From NCBI RefSeq assembly GCF_009834535.1, contig NC_045696.1:10480001-10544000 (forward strand): a stretch of 64,000 nucleotides of DNA, read 5' to 3'. The stretch comes from Camelus ferus. Its lineage: Eukaryota. Position numbers and translations under genes: made by a program. Shown in pieces: positions 27,901-38,992 of the stretch; position 1 is the first letter of the stretch; each line of letters starts with the position of its first letter. The notes under the pieces are model-generated. The model was not told the DNA's origin. It did not search any database and saw nothing but the letters and a program-made list of their open reading frames with translations.

Positions 27901-30900
27901 CCAGAGCGTTCCACACAGCCAGGTTGAGTGATGGGACAAATGTGCAACCAGATGCCTATCCTGTGGGCAGATTCTAGATAAGAAGCTAAAGATAGGCTGG
28001 GTTTTGCATTTTGCGCCTGTGGGAGGCGGCACTCAGGCATGGTAACTGTGGAAGGGGATCCTTAATCATAGTAGGAGTTATCTTTGCATCCCAGAGTTTA
28101 GCAGGGACAACTGCATGCAATAAGTGACCATAAAGCTCATCATTCTGTATTGCTTCCTTGGCCTGCATTTCCTGGGGTCTTGACTATGAGGAAAGTCATC
28201 TTATCTGTGAAGGCAGATATCCTGTATCATTCAATGAAGCATTAAAAAAATTGAAATATAGTTGATATACAATATCTTATGAGTTTCAGGTGTACAACAT
28301 AGTGATCCAACATTTATTTATGTTATGAATTGATCACAATGGAGCATTTCTGGGGGGGAAAATTCACTTGAGATTTCTTTGGGCTATACAGTGTATATAT
28401 ATAAATTTAATTATATCATTCCTCAGATAATACACATGGGTGACCCTTTCCTCCCAGATCCTTGAGAATTACTGATAAGATCAACATTTAATGTAGAGAA
28501 GACAGCATATAACTTAACTTATGTAACATACATGTAAGTCATTTTAGGCCCACAAATGGCCTTCAGCCCAGAAACACTAAGTATAAGAATTAAACTTGAC
28601 CAAAGAGGAATGATTATAGCCTTAACATATCTACATAACGGGAAGGAAACCTCACATATTGACCACATACATTGTTCAGACGATGGGACAAGTTAATTTT
28701 TTTCACTGTGTCATTAAATTCCATAACAACCCTATGAAGTAGGTTATTATCCCCGCTTTATTCATGAAGTAGGTTACAAGCCCATTTTGCAGACGTGACA
28801 AGCTGAGGTCAAGAATCAGAGTCACACAGTGGCAGGGGCAAAGTTCCAACTGGGTCTTTCCACCTCTAGCCCCATTTTTTTTTATATATTTATTTTTTCC
28901 TTAACAGAGGCACTGCAGATTGAACTCAGGCCCTCGTGCGCATCAAGCATGCACTCTACCACTGAGCTATAGCCCCCACCTGCTGGTCCATTTTTTTTTT
29001 AAAGGAATTGTCCCCTAAAGAGGAGGAAAGCAATGGGAAAAGATGGGGTCAGTCAGGTAAAAGGTGACATCATTTATCCAGGGCTGTGGTGGCCCTGACC
29101 ATGGACTTGACTATTCCATGGGGTACGTGGGACCTGGGGGTTCACACCATGAAACAGTAGTCATTCACTGATCACTGACACAGCTGACTCCAAGTTATCC
29201 CAGCCAACTGGTGAGTCAGCTCTGCCTTTTCTGGCAACTTCCCTTTGGGGAAAGGAAGGCCAGCCCTCCCTGCACCAGCAGCCAGGAAGTCTGCTCTTTG
29301 CATTTCCCTTGTGGCCTGGAAAGCGTGACCTGACATACAGGTCGGGTCATCCCTCAAGTGGGAAGCTTCTAAAGCTCAAAGGACTAGGCCTGAGATCCTC
29401 TGGACCATAAGGTGCTGCCATCTGGCGAAACCTCCCTCCATTGTCATGGCCTCAGATCAACACTGAGTAAGGCAGGGAGCTTACATCTGACATGCATATG
29501 ATTCACCCAGCTTACCTTTTCATCAGATCCATTTTTCCAGTATTGCACATGATAAGCCCATGAGTTATAAATATTCCTCATAGTCCATGTTTCAGGTTCT
29601 TTCTCAATTTTGGGGGCTAAGAAACGCAGATGTAAAGAATTAGCAAGCCCTTCTACTTGCATTCCAGGAGGTCCAATAATAGCTAAGTATGAGAACACAA
29701 CAAAATGACAATCAAAATTCACATGTTAAAAAAAATCAACACTTATCTTCTGCAACTGGGCAGACCAACTGGTCTACTGAAGCACTCTGCCCTTTGAGAC
29801 ACTGTTGCAGAGACACTGACTGATGTGGTTAAGAAGGATAGTTGGATTTTGCTTCTTAAAAAAAAAAACTAATCTTTTAACTGTTGCCTTTATTAATCAG
29901 GTTTAGTTCATTTATGTTTAGTGTAATTTCTGATTTGGAATTATTCCAACTACATTACTTTGTGTGTTCTGTAAAGACTGCTTTTTGGGGGGCTTGTTCC
30001 TCTCCTTTTCTTTCTGTTGGGTTGAATTTTCTTTATTTCCTTTACTGAGTTGGAAGCGACAGATGGCATTTCTATTATCTTTAGTGTTGAACATATATAA
30101 TTAACCATACACATTTTCCTACAAGGTCTGAAGCTGCTCCTTTCCCAAAAGCTCTTTTACTAGATATTTCCATGATGTCCCATGGGTCTCTGGTCAACTG
30201 CCACCTCCTCAGAGAGGACTGTCCCTCACCACTCCATGTAAAGAGCAGCTCCTATCTCTCTCCCTGCCAGGTACCTCCTTTATTTTCTAGAGAGCCACAG
30301 TCACTATCATAAAATACATAACTGTTTGTTGATTATCTGTCTTCCCCATTAGAATGTGTGTCCCACCAGGGCAGGGGTTTTTGTCTTGTTCACTGTTGTA
30401 GCTTCAGCACTACGAATATGACTGTAACGTAGTAGGTGCTCAATAATAACTGTGGACTGAATCGTAAGTGGCTCTGGGCCACTGTTCTGTTTGTGTTATA
30501 GCCTGTATTCTTCTCTGGCTGCTGTGACACTTTGGGGGCTGCTAATGGGTCTGCTTCTGGCATTCTACCCCATTTCTAATCTGCTGATGGCTGAAAACCA
30601 GATAAGAAAACCTATTAGATATTTTTTCTGAAGCAAGTATAAACAGGTTCCACATGACATCTTGAAGCACTTTCCCATCATGTAAACTTCAAGAGGCAAA
30701 CAGCCAACGTGGGGCAGTTGTTGCTAACAGCACAGATGGGGGAGCCTGGGCCTGAATCCTTGCGCTGCCATCTGATACCTGAGTGACCTTGGGGCAAACT
30801 GCTTATCTATCCAGTATCAGTTTCTAAAGAGAACTTCCATAGAATGGCCCTCAAACAGGATTTGGAACCAGTAAGGAACTGGTAAGTCAGTTCAATTGTT

Positions 30901-33900
30901 AAGCTGTTTGTATTTTCAAATGTTCGTTTTTTCTTAGTATCTATCAAGAGACTTTTAGAAAAGATAACATCACTTTGATAGTTTCTGACTCCAAAAATAA
31001 GATAGTTTTTTTTTGTCCAAGCCTGGGACAAAATTAGGAATGGGCAGATATTCTAGCCACATTCCCTACCATGGAGAGGGAAATTGGGGGAGCCCTGAGG
31101 GTCCGAGCAGGGGCGTGGTTAGGATAAAGACCCCTCCCTACGTGGACAATCCTCCTGATGCGTCTGTCTGCTCTTTGGAGGGCTGTACTTGAGTCTTATT
31201 AATGAGATTCTTATCCTCTTTATTCTCTCAATTGCTAAATGGTGTTTTAGTTTTCAGTTCCTGATATTCTAATGATGTTTATCTCATGGCCTCTGGTGGG
31301 TCCCCAGGACCCTCCAGATCTAACCCTGGAACATTCTTTTTGATGCCTACTGGCCAGCCTGACCCAACCCACCTGCCATCAGCTGTGCCCATTCCTCTGG
31401 CCTTCATGCCGGGCAAGCTGGCTGTCTGATCTGCTCTTTCTGTCTCAACACCTGCCTAAAATCAATCTTCATTCTTCTGTCTATTGTGTCACATTTCTTT
31501 AAGTCATGATTCCAAACTGCCTTCCTTGTAGAAAATTCACCACACTAATCCTTCCAATGTTTCTCATCAACAGCACTGGACCCAACTCATTTTTTTTTCT
31601 TTTTAATGGAGTACCAGGGATTGAACCCAGGACCTTGTACATGCTAAGCATGCGCTCTACCACTGAGCTATACCCACAAAGCCCCAACTTGTTTTTATTC
31701 TCAAGGCATTCAAGTTATCAAATTTCTTTTCTTTTTTGCAGGGGGCGGGGGTGGGCAATTAGGTTTATTTATTTATTTCTAGAGGAGGTACTGGGACTGA
31801 ATCCAGGACCTCCTGCATGCTAAGCATGCGCTCTACCACTTGAGCTATACCCTCCCCAACTCAAATTTCTATTTAATTATCTTATTGACTTATGCCTATC
31901 CTTTCCTATCTCCACAAACTTCTTCAAGGCCACAGCCCTCTTTATCATATCCCCTAAGTTCGATGTGCAAGGCCATTCACTTTGTGGGCAAAGAATTCTT
32001 GCTGATGGGACACCCAAGGGGGAAACAACCAAGGCAAGATGACATTACAACAAAATAAAAACCATCGTGGCTTACTGTCATCCACAGGACAGAAGGTGAT
32101 GTTTATCCAGTCTGAATGCTCATCTGCAAATTCAGCCCTGACTCTCAAGGTGTGGTCACCATACTTGGAAAGACTTGAGAAGTCACATTCCGTCAAGACA
32201 GTACTCGTGCATACATCTTGGAATTTCCTATAACTAGAAAATCAGAAAAAAATCATGAGAGTTCTAACCTGAGTCTCTGAGGCTGCCTGGTGGTTTATTC
32301 TTCCTGCTACTGAAGATTACCAGAGGGTAATGAGAAAATAAGGCAAATTCTTAATCATCAATTTTTATGAAGAGTATGTATCACTTATACGAGCTTTTTC
32401 CAAACCGTGCCTCATGGGATCTTAATGATCCTTGAGGTATCATAAGACATTTCAAAAATAATCCATCCCAATGCTCAACCAGTTCAGGGCAAAAACTGGG
32501 TGAGATATAAATAAGTGTCTGTTTTTACAACAGAACTTCTCAGAGACGTTCCTATCCTGATGAGCACGCGTCTTTCCAAAAAGGGGTTGTGTATGCAACA
32601 TATTTGACCAAAAGCTTCCTTCTTTGATTATATATTTCTGAAAACTGTGGGACTTGGTTTGTGAAATGTTGATATACACAGATTAGCCAAAATAAGTATA
32701 TCACAACGATTTCAAAAATGTCCTTTAAGTGACTCTTGTTCAATTACGCTGGAAAAAATTATAAAACAACCTGTTGATCTCAGATCTCCAGCCCTGACTA
32801 CCAATCACCAAAGGGAGAGCATGAAGTGGAAGAAAAGGGCTGCTTGCAAACACCTACCAGGTGCGTGCAACCTAATTTCACAGCAGGAGGTATAATTAGC
32901 TCCGCCCAACTTCAGGAAATGCAGGTTCTTGCCTTGCAAAAAGTGAGAATTTTGTCTGCTTGACACCTTCCTATCTCGGTGCCAAAACCAATCTCACTGC
33001 CCTCAGAGGCGACAAAAAAGGTGGTGGTGATAAAAGTAACAGCCAACACTTGATAAGCACTTAGGTGTCAGGCAGGGCTGTTTTATCAATATTATCTCAT
33101 TGCATTTTCACAACCCAGGAGGGCAGAACTGACATCACTCCTATTTTGTAGATGCGGTGCAGGCGTGGAGAGAAATCTGCCCCATGGAACCCAGGTCTGC
33201 TTAACTTTAGACTCCACTGTCTCGGGCTCCACCCCACACTCCACTGCACTCTTAGCAGGCAGAGATAACTCGGCTCAGACTATTTTACTATCTTGCTTTT
33301 TTCACTTAATATACCACAAACATTTCTCTAATCAATCAACTCTTTATGGCTGCCGAACATCTCATCAATTGGGAAAATCCAGGGGTCATTTCATTAAGGG
33401 GGTTTCTCACTGGTGGACATTTCCTTCCATGTATTTAAACTAATGCATCAATTGGCTGGAACACGGAGTACTTCGAGAGTTGTTTTGCAATAATGTCTCT
33501 TTCACTGGGTCATTTTTAAATTATATTTAAAAATATTTTTCTTCCCATTAAGCAGGTAATATGATCCATTCCCCATATTTATATCTAATTATTTTAGATG
33601 TTTACACATTAAAAACCACCATGACATCATCTTCTCTGGCCATCCCTACCCAATGCACACGTACAACAGAGTTTGTGCTATGCGGCAGCTCAGGTTAAAT
33701 TCTAAACAAAGCTTTTCCAGAGGCATAGAAGGGTAAATTGGATTTTTCAGGATCAAATTTCTTCCACACCCAGCACATGCCATGCTCAGTCTGCACATCT
33801 ACTGAGAAGACTGGGAACCCACACATTCACTCTTGGTTACCAGTTACTGGGGAGTCACTGGGAACATTTACCTAACAGACTTACACCCCAAACCAAACAC

Positions 33901-36900
33901 GTCTACTCCAATGGCAAAGAAGCAAAGAACAGAACAACAAAAAATAAACTACAGGGAGAGAGACAGGGAAGTTAATTTTCCATAATGAAATCCCTAGAGC
34001 TATCAAGACAGAGTGGAGAAAACAGAGATGAGATTATAAAACCGATCAGTGCTAGAAAATATATTGCAGGAGAAAAAGAAGTCTCAGAATGCCCCTTCTT
34101 AAGCCCTTGGGAAAACTGACAAAAACTGGAATATAGACTTAGATTAAAGTATTGTATCATTGGTAAGGCTGCCAAATCTTGACAACTGTACTGCAGTGAT
34201 GTAACAGGTTATCCTTGCCTTTATGAAATACACAATGAAATTTTAAGAGGCTAAAGGCATTATGTATGAGAGAAATGGGGAGACAAAATGTGGAGAACCT
34301 TAAAAATTGGTGAATCTGGATACAAGCTATTTGGAAGTGCTTTGTATTATACTTGAAATTTTTGAAATGTTTTGTTAGCTTAGAATTATTTTGAACTAAC
34401 AAGTTTAAAAGAATGTAAACAAGGATTCTCTTACTTATCTTTCTACTTCTTAGGGTAACCCTAACCCTAACCCTTAATAGAAATTGGTAAGAGGCTAGAT
34501 AAGAAATTCAGGCAAGGTTTTATTGAGACTCACAGCATAAAGGAGCTAAAACAAGTAACAGGTTCCCTTGCTTGCTCCCTGAGGTGGGGGTGAGCTGGTC
34601 CCTTAAATGGGGTGAGGGCAGGGGCAGGTCCAGGGATCAGGCTGGAGGGGTGGCTTAGGTGGTCCACCTACCCTCTTGGTGGTGCTGTGTGCAGGGATCA
34701 CATGCAGCTGCCTGCTTTAAGTGGCAGTTGGGTTTTTGGTCTTTTTGTATCTTGTTATTCATAATGTGCCCCAACTGCACATGCATGCAATTATTTTTAG
34801 TCCCTTATGGTTTCTTTGTATTTTGTTGCTCTAGGAGATGTTTGCCCTCGTGCAAGCACTGCAGCCCTGGGTCCCACATCCCAGGAGCCAGCCTGTCTCA
34901 CTTTGACTTAGCAGGCCTTGGATATGTTTGTAAAATGAAGGCCGCGTGAGGAGTGTGGCATTAATGGCATCCGAGACCCATACTTCCTCTCTCCTCACTG
35001 AAGGAGCTGTCTGCCTTTGTATGTTTCTGAGTCACACTGGAAGCAGGTGTGTGGCTCATTGGCCTTTGGCCACCTGTTGCTGTTTGCACCTGGCACAAAG
35101 GGGCGTCACCTGCAGTCCAGCCTGGGGTGTATGGTGGCAGGCTGCCAAAGGACGGCTGGCACAGGGAAAAACCGACAGGCAGGGAAGGTACTAGGAGATC
35201 AGAGCGGAGGTCATCATTGTGGGTGACACTCAGCCTTCCTTTGTAAGCCTCTGCTGTCTTCACAGAGCTTTTGACAGCCAGTGGCTGTCTTACATGCAGT
35301 CTCAGGACAGAGCCTTGGAGTAACTGAGCCCCGACTATGCACACTGTCTGCACCACCCTGCACTGGGGCACCCAGGTTATAACCTACTGGAGGGGGTGGG
35401 TGGTAAGCTAGCAAGAGGCTTCTGGGCTTCTTTGCATACCTCAGTTTTCTTGGAGAGCATCCACTTGTAAATTGCTGACTTCCAGCAATACTACTTTAAG
35501 TACTTGGAAGATGGTAATCTATGGCATTTTTCTCTTAAGAAACATCAATTGTGACAAACTCAGTATGCTCGCAATGTAGTAGGTTACCACCGTGGCTGAT
35601 GACACCCATGTCTACATGATAAAATGTCTATTTTTCAGTGGCCCTGCAATGATCACACCATGAACTATCACAAGAAAAAGGAAAAAGGATTTTACTTGTC
35701 TGTTTTCAGAGGACAGAGTTTTCACAAGAATTTTAGGGCCAAAAAGAAAGAGGACCAGGAAAAAGGCTTCCCGTAGGCTACCATGGTTATGGAGGTGACA
35801 GCAGTCAGACTCTCCTCTGTGGTCTGGCCCAGTGACCAGCCCAGGGCCACCACCCTCTGGTGCCTTCCTGCCTAGAGTGCCCTCGACTTACCTTTGGTAC
35901 TGAGCTGTGAAAGTCAGATTCCCCTTGGGAAAAGCAGGTGACTCCCACTGTAGAATGTTCTTGAAATTAACTGAATTCATTCTGACGTTTTCAGGAGGTG
36001 GCACCATTCCTAATGCTGTAAAAACAAAGGGTAAAAGTTGACAACTTTTTTCCTCAAAAAGGTTGTCCAAGGAAATAACCATATCCAATACTTGGGCTTC
36101 CCCTATGGCTCCAAGTCTTCGAATGGGTATGTGGGTGAGGGACAGACAAGCTTTAACTGTGCTGAAGTCTGGATTTTATTTGAAGAGGGTTGGCGGGGAG
36201 GGTGGAAAGCAAGAGTGAAGTGGGGATGGATGAGGGTGATCTGGATTTGGTTGGTGGGAGAAGATGTGAGGGGGTGGGTAGATGGATTTTAGATATATTC
36301 CCAGAGGTATAGAACTCTAGAATTCCTGATACACCTGGAGTGAAGAAGTAAAAGTTAGTATCCATTCCTGACTTAAGCACCTGATGCCCTGACTGGGGCT
36401 GGGAATAGGGAAACCAAGAGTCCCATTGTAGGATCTGCATTAGGTTTGAGATGCTGAAGGATGTCCAAGTGGGAATGTCAGAGGCAGACGGATGATGGAG
36501 CCTGGAGAACAGAGGACAGATTTACACTAGAGACAGAAATCATTTTTAAATTTTTAAATAGAAAGTGTCAAACATACACAAAAGGAGAGAGAAGAATATA
36601 ATAAACCACCATGAGCTCATCACCTAACTAGTGCCAACAGTGATAAAAATGTGAGGCAAGAGCACGTAGCTAGTATTTAATGCCAGAGTTCGGCTGACAC
36701 TTCCCAAAGGGATAGTGTAGGGGAAGGAAAGGAGAGGGCTCCGACATGAACTTGGCGCTATGGCGACCTGGTACAGGTGGAGCACCCTAGGTAGAAACAG
36801 CCTGATAGGTAGAAGGAACACCCCAGAGGTATCCTGGAAGGCCAGGGATAAGTTCATCAGAAAGGAAGGAGGGGACCATCTTGTTTGAACCTGGGCAGGC

Positions 36901-37277
36901 AATTTAGGGCAGGACAAAAGGGTTTCACTTGATTTAGAACTCAGAAGCCACAGGGCTGTAGAGTTGAGGAGCAGAATTCAGATCTTGGGATGCTGAGGGC
37001 TGAATGGGAGGCCTGCCCAGGTACCTAGTCACTTTCAGTGTGCCTACGGGGTCCGCTCAAGGGGTCCAGGCGTCGTAGTCAGCCTCCGAGTCCCCGAGGG
37101 TACATCGGGTCGAGAAGCCGCACCACGGCGGGTCAGGGTCCCCGCGCAGGCTTGGGGAGGCGCCGGTACACGCCGTCGAGCCGCCGCCCTGGAGACCTCC
37201 CGGTGCCCCCTCCCCGCAGGCCCCTCACCTGACACTAGGAGGCAGCCGCCCAGCCAGCTCTGGAGGCTCCGCGCCAT
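14226..37277 (-). CDS. IL10RB: Interleukin-10 receptor subunit beta, spliced CDS: join(37277-37229, 36015-35892, 32233-32076, 29682-29516, 25681-25534, 20732-20575, 14507-14226); 361 aa
   Basis: Exons of 49, 124, 158, 167, 148, 158 and 282 nt, all with GT-AG introns, join in frame (1086 nt). The translation MARSLQSWLGGCLLVSALGMVPPPENVRMNSVNFKNILQWESP...CDFSSLSKYGDHTLRVRAE...PQHLKEFLGHPHH is recognisably IL10RB. Confidence 0.97.
14630..15215 (+). mobile_element. L1MB-like 3' fragment in IL10RB intron 6
   Basis: CCACTTCTGGGTATATACCCAGAAGAACTGAAAGCAGG...AAAGGACAAATACTGTATGATTCCAC...GGATGGTGGTGATGG. Confidence 0.85.
15470..15715. mobile_element. MER3/MER33-like hAT relic
   Basis: GCTGTCCAGTATAGCAGCCACCAGCCACACATGTGGCTAC...ACATGTTGAAATGATATTTTGGATA. 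Confidence 0.65.
18120..18500 (+). mobile_element. MLT1 (MaLR) LTR
   Basis: GAATGTGACCCTGTTTGGAGATAGGGTCCTTACAGAGG...TTAAGCCTCCCAGTGTGTGGTGCTTTGTTATGGCGGCC. Confidence 0.8.
18820..19018. mobile_element. MER58-like hAT relic
   Basis: CAGCAGACTACAGCCCATGGGCTAAATCC...TGGCCCTTCAAGGAAAAGTTTGCTGACTCTG. Confidence 0.6.
19020..19960. mobile_element. Probable ERVL-class internal fragment plus LTR
   Basis: GGGGACACAGTAGGGGTCCCACTAAACT segment and an LTR-like end ATGCAAACCTCCATCTTAGAGTCTGTTTCCTGGGGAA; highly diverged. Confidence 0.4.
20575..20732 (-). CDS. IL10RB: IL10RB exon 6 (transmembrane and juxtamembrane)
   Basis: Acceptor CCCCGCAG|, donor GAG|GTAGGT; ETTPSWLVAGVLAASVCAAFLLLLGCLASLRCLYRKARYAFSPRYSFPQHLKE. 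Confidence 0.96.
21100..21660 (+). mobile_element. Probable ERV1-class solo LTR (MER34/MER39-like)
   Basis: TCTTTCTCAAGGACCTGAAAGCCATTCCTCTGAAAT and related motifs recalled from this LTR group. Confidence 0.45.
22820..23340. mobile_element. Two MIR fragments (about 22820-22960 and 23180-23340)
   Basis: GGGCAAGTTACTTCACCTCTCTGAACCT and CCCCATTTTGCAGATGAAG MIR core motifs. Confidence 0.65.
24969..24994. repeat. (GT)n microsatellite
   Basis: Directly visible. Confidence 0.95.
25534..25681 (-). CDS. IL10RB: IL10RB exon 5 (not in the ORF track)
   Basis: Acceptor TTATAG|, donor ATG|GTGAGT; YTITCQYDFEVLRNLESWTTYCVQVQGFLPDRNKTGQWSELVCEQTTND. Confidence 0.96.
25915..26081 (-). mobile_element. Vic-1-like SINE
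   Basis: Reverse complement of the SINE body (GGAATTGAACCCAGGACCTTGTGCATGCTAAGC...GAGCTGTACCCTCCCC). Confidence 0.85.
26120..26545 (+). mobile_element. MLT1 (MaLR) LTR
   Basis: TTCATATGTTGAAGCCCTAACCCC...GACTGGTGTCCTTGTAAGAAGAGGAG...GGACTCCCAGCCTCTAGAAC. Confidence 0.8.
27425..27815 (-). mobile_element. MLT1A-like LTR
   Basis: ATTTATTTCTCATGGTTCCAGAGGC...ATGACCTAATCATCTCCCAAAGGCCCCACCTCC...AAACATTCAGTCCATAGCA. Confidence 0.8.
28875..28985 (-). mobile_element. Vic-1-like SINE next to a MIR (about 28700-28870)
   Basis: TTGAACTCAGGCCCTCGTGCGCATCAAGCATGCACTCTACCACTGAGCTATA. Confidence 0.75.
29516..29682 (-). CDS. IL10RB: IL10RB exon 4
   Basis: Acceptor CTTAG|, donor AAG|GTAAGC; TIIGPPGMQVEGLANSLHLRFLAPKIEKEPETWTMRNIYNSWAYHVQYWKNGSDEK. 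Confidence 0.97.
30140..30465 (+). mobile_element. L2 3' fragment
   Basis: GGGCAGGGGTTTTTGTCTTGTTCACTG...GTAGTAGGTGCTCAATAA, the L2 3' end. Confidence 0.7.
31590..31684 (-). mobile_element. Vic-1-like SINE, short form
   Basis: GGGATTGAACCCAGGACCTTGTACATGCTAAGCATGCGCTCTACCACTGAGCTATACCC; flanking CCCAACT repeat. Confidence 0.85.
31728..31860 (-). mobile_element. Vic-1-like SINE, long form
   Basis: SINE body plus tail; TSD TCAAATTTCT at 31718-31727 and 31861-31870. Confidence 0.85.
32076..32233 (-). CDS. IL10RB: IL10RB exon 3
   Basis: Acceptor TTTTCTAG|, donor |GTAAGC; SYRKFQDVCTSTVLTECDFSSLSKYGDHTLRVRAEFADEHSDWINITFCPVDD. Confidence 0.97.
34040..34412 (+). mobile_element. Old L1 3'-UTR fragment
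   Basis: TTGGTGAATCTGGATACAAG...CTTTGTATTATACTTGAAATTTTTG, L1M-type motifs. Confidence 0.55.
34429..34900 (-). mobile_element. Probable solo LTR containing telomere-like hexamers
   Basis: Minus strand starts TGAGACAGG and carries TATA-like TTTAA and AATAAA in LTR order; about 470 nt. No clear TSD. Confidence 0.5.
35892..36015 (-). CDS. IL10RB: IL10RB exon 2
   Basis: Acceptor TTTTTACAG|, donor AAG|GTAAGT; ALGMVPPPENVRMNSVNFKNILQWESPAFPKGNLTFTAQYQ. Confidence 0.97.
36300..36950 (-). mobile_element. L2 fragments interrupted by a short L1 end (about 36540-36625)
   Basis: GGATGTCCAAGTGGGAATGTCAGAGGCAG and related L2 motifs. Confidence 0.5.
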
Positions 37278-37560
37278 GGTCTCGCCGGGAGCCCGGGAGG
37301 GCGCTCGGGGGCCCGCCGGCAGCCGCGGGGCACCGGAGCACACGCCCCCGCGCCCGCGTCCACGCCCGGGAGATTCGGCCTGCCCCGCCCCGAGGCTGCT
37401 TCCGGGAAGGGGCGGGGCGGGGCGGGGCGACACGAGCCCCCGCCCCTGCCTCGGGCCCCGCCCCTGTGCTCCGGGCAGGAGAGGCCACGGTCAAAGGCTT
37501 GGCGGGGAGCAAGGAGATGCAGAAGTGAAAGGGGACTTTCCTCCCCGGTGAGTGGAAAAC
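37040..37560 (-). promoter_or_regulatory. CpG island and IL10RB promoter with GC boxes, GAS, kappaB and IRF-like motifs
   Basis: Very high GC and CpG density around exon 1; TTCCGGGAA at 37400-37408; (GGGGC)4 at 37409-37428; AGAAGTGAAA at 37521-37530; GGGACTTTCC at 37532-37541. Confidence 0.85.
37229..37277 (-). CDS. IL10RB: IL10RB coding exon 1 (signal peptide)
   Basis: Strong Kozak ACCATGG; MARSLQSWLGGCLLVS; donor CAG|GTGAGG; lies in a CpG island. Confidence 0.96.
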
Positions 37561-37890
37561 ACCGATAGTAAAACAGGTTGCAAAACTGTAGGCACAGTGT
37601 CCCATTACACTAAATGCTTGCTTTGAAAGGAGCCCGCAAGTTAAATAAATACACTACCATGCCAACCTAGAGGTTATATTTGGGTGGTAGACTTATGGGT
37701 GATGGTGGTTTTTCTTTACACCATTCAGTATTCACCAAGTTTTTTCCAGTGAACTGGCACATCCTCCATAATCCCCTCTCCCTGCAAATAAATTGATTTT
37801 AAAGCACTCCATTAGCAAATCCCACTTGAGAGGGTCTTTACCGTAACCTCCCCCCAGCCCACTGGGGATAAACAACACAAAACCAAGTCA

Positions 37891-37896
37891 TTTATT
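37891..37896 (-). terminator. Putative IFNAR2 polyadenylation signal AATAAA
   Basis: AATAAA on the minus strand about 1.1 kb after the stop, followed by the GT-rich tract TTGGTTTTGTGTTGTTT. Confidence 0.65.
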
Positions 37897-38992
37897 TGGC
37901 AATAATTTGTTTCTGTCACAAGACTGGTGAGAAAGGCTCAATTTCCTCTTTTTAAACTTGTGCAGTAGTGACATCAGAAAGCTCAGAACAGGGTGAAATA
38001 CTGGGTGACGTTAAGACACTGCCTGATACCTGTCCCAGGGAGGCAGAACGTGCCTTTGGCCCCCACAGGCCGTTGCACAGAGTTAGCGGGAGTTTTGTGC
38101 AACCTGGAGATGCCAGCAGAACCACACATCCGCTGGATATATATCCTCTCCAATACGAAACAACTCTGAAGACATTACCAAGTTTGTATGAAAAGGTATG
38201 TTTTATTTTTTACCAACCTCCATTATACAAAATTAAATCTTAAAAAATGACGCTGAGATTTTAGTCCCTCTCCTTAATGCAAATCTTTCTCTATAAGTCA
38301 TCTGCCTGGCTCTAGAGTAATTTATGTGTGTGAGTCTGTCTTCCTCACTCAAACTGAAGAGGGCTGAACCAGGGGCTGAAAGTTGAATTCTCAAGAGCTT
38401 AGGAGACAGAATATCATCTGGGAGATGGCCAGGACGTGGCTGGGCCTTCCCTACTTCCAACTCAGAGCATGTGCTTCTGTTTCCTTGTGTGTGTCCTTCC
38501 TTTCTCTCCAGATGCACCCTCTGCCTCCCCCTCTTTCTTGCTCTTTCCTTGAGCCTGTGCTGACTGCTCCCACTATGAACCCTGCTGAGTGTCTGCCTTT
38601 TCTCTCCCCCACTCCACTCTGGCCCGATTTAGTAATTTCCCAGAACTCTTACGGGGCCCTGGACCACCCCATGAAAACCACAGGAAATCTTGCTCCTTAC
38701 TCTGGGGGACAGGATGCAGAAACATTATAACTTCATGAGAGTAAAGGGGATGGGCAGGGCATTTTCCCTTCAAAGCCAATTGCTTTGAACTTGTAAACAG
38801 TGCACTGAATGATACCAGGATAGTGCGGTTCCCACCTCCCCTTCCCCTAACTGGGAATTTGCATAGATGATGTCACCAGGAAGAACAGTGACTCTGCAGT
38901 CTCCTACTCATTCCCTTGGAGAACAAGGGTTCTAGGAGGGAGAAGCTTGGAGGTAGCATTCGTCCAAGTTAATTAAATATTTCTGGATTCAT

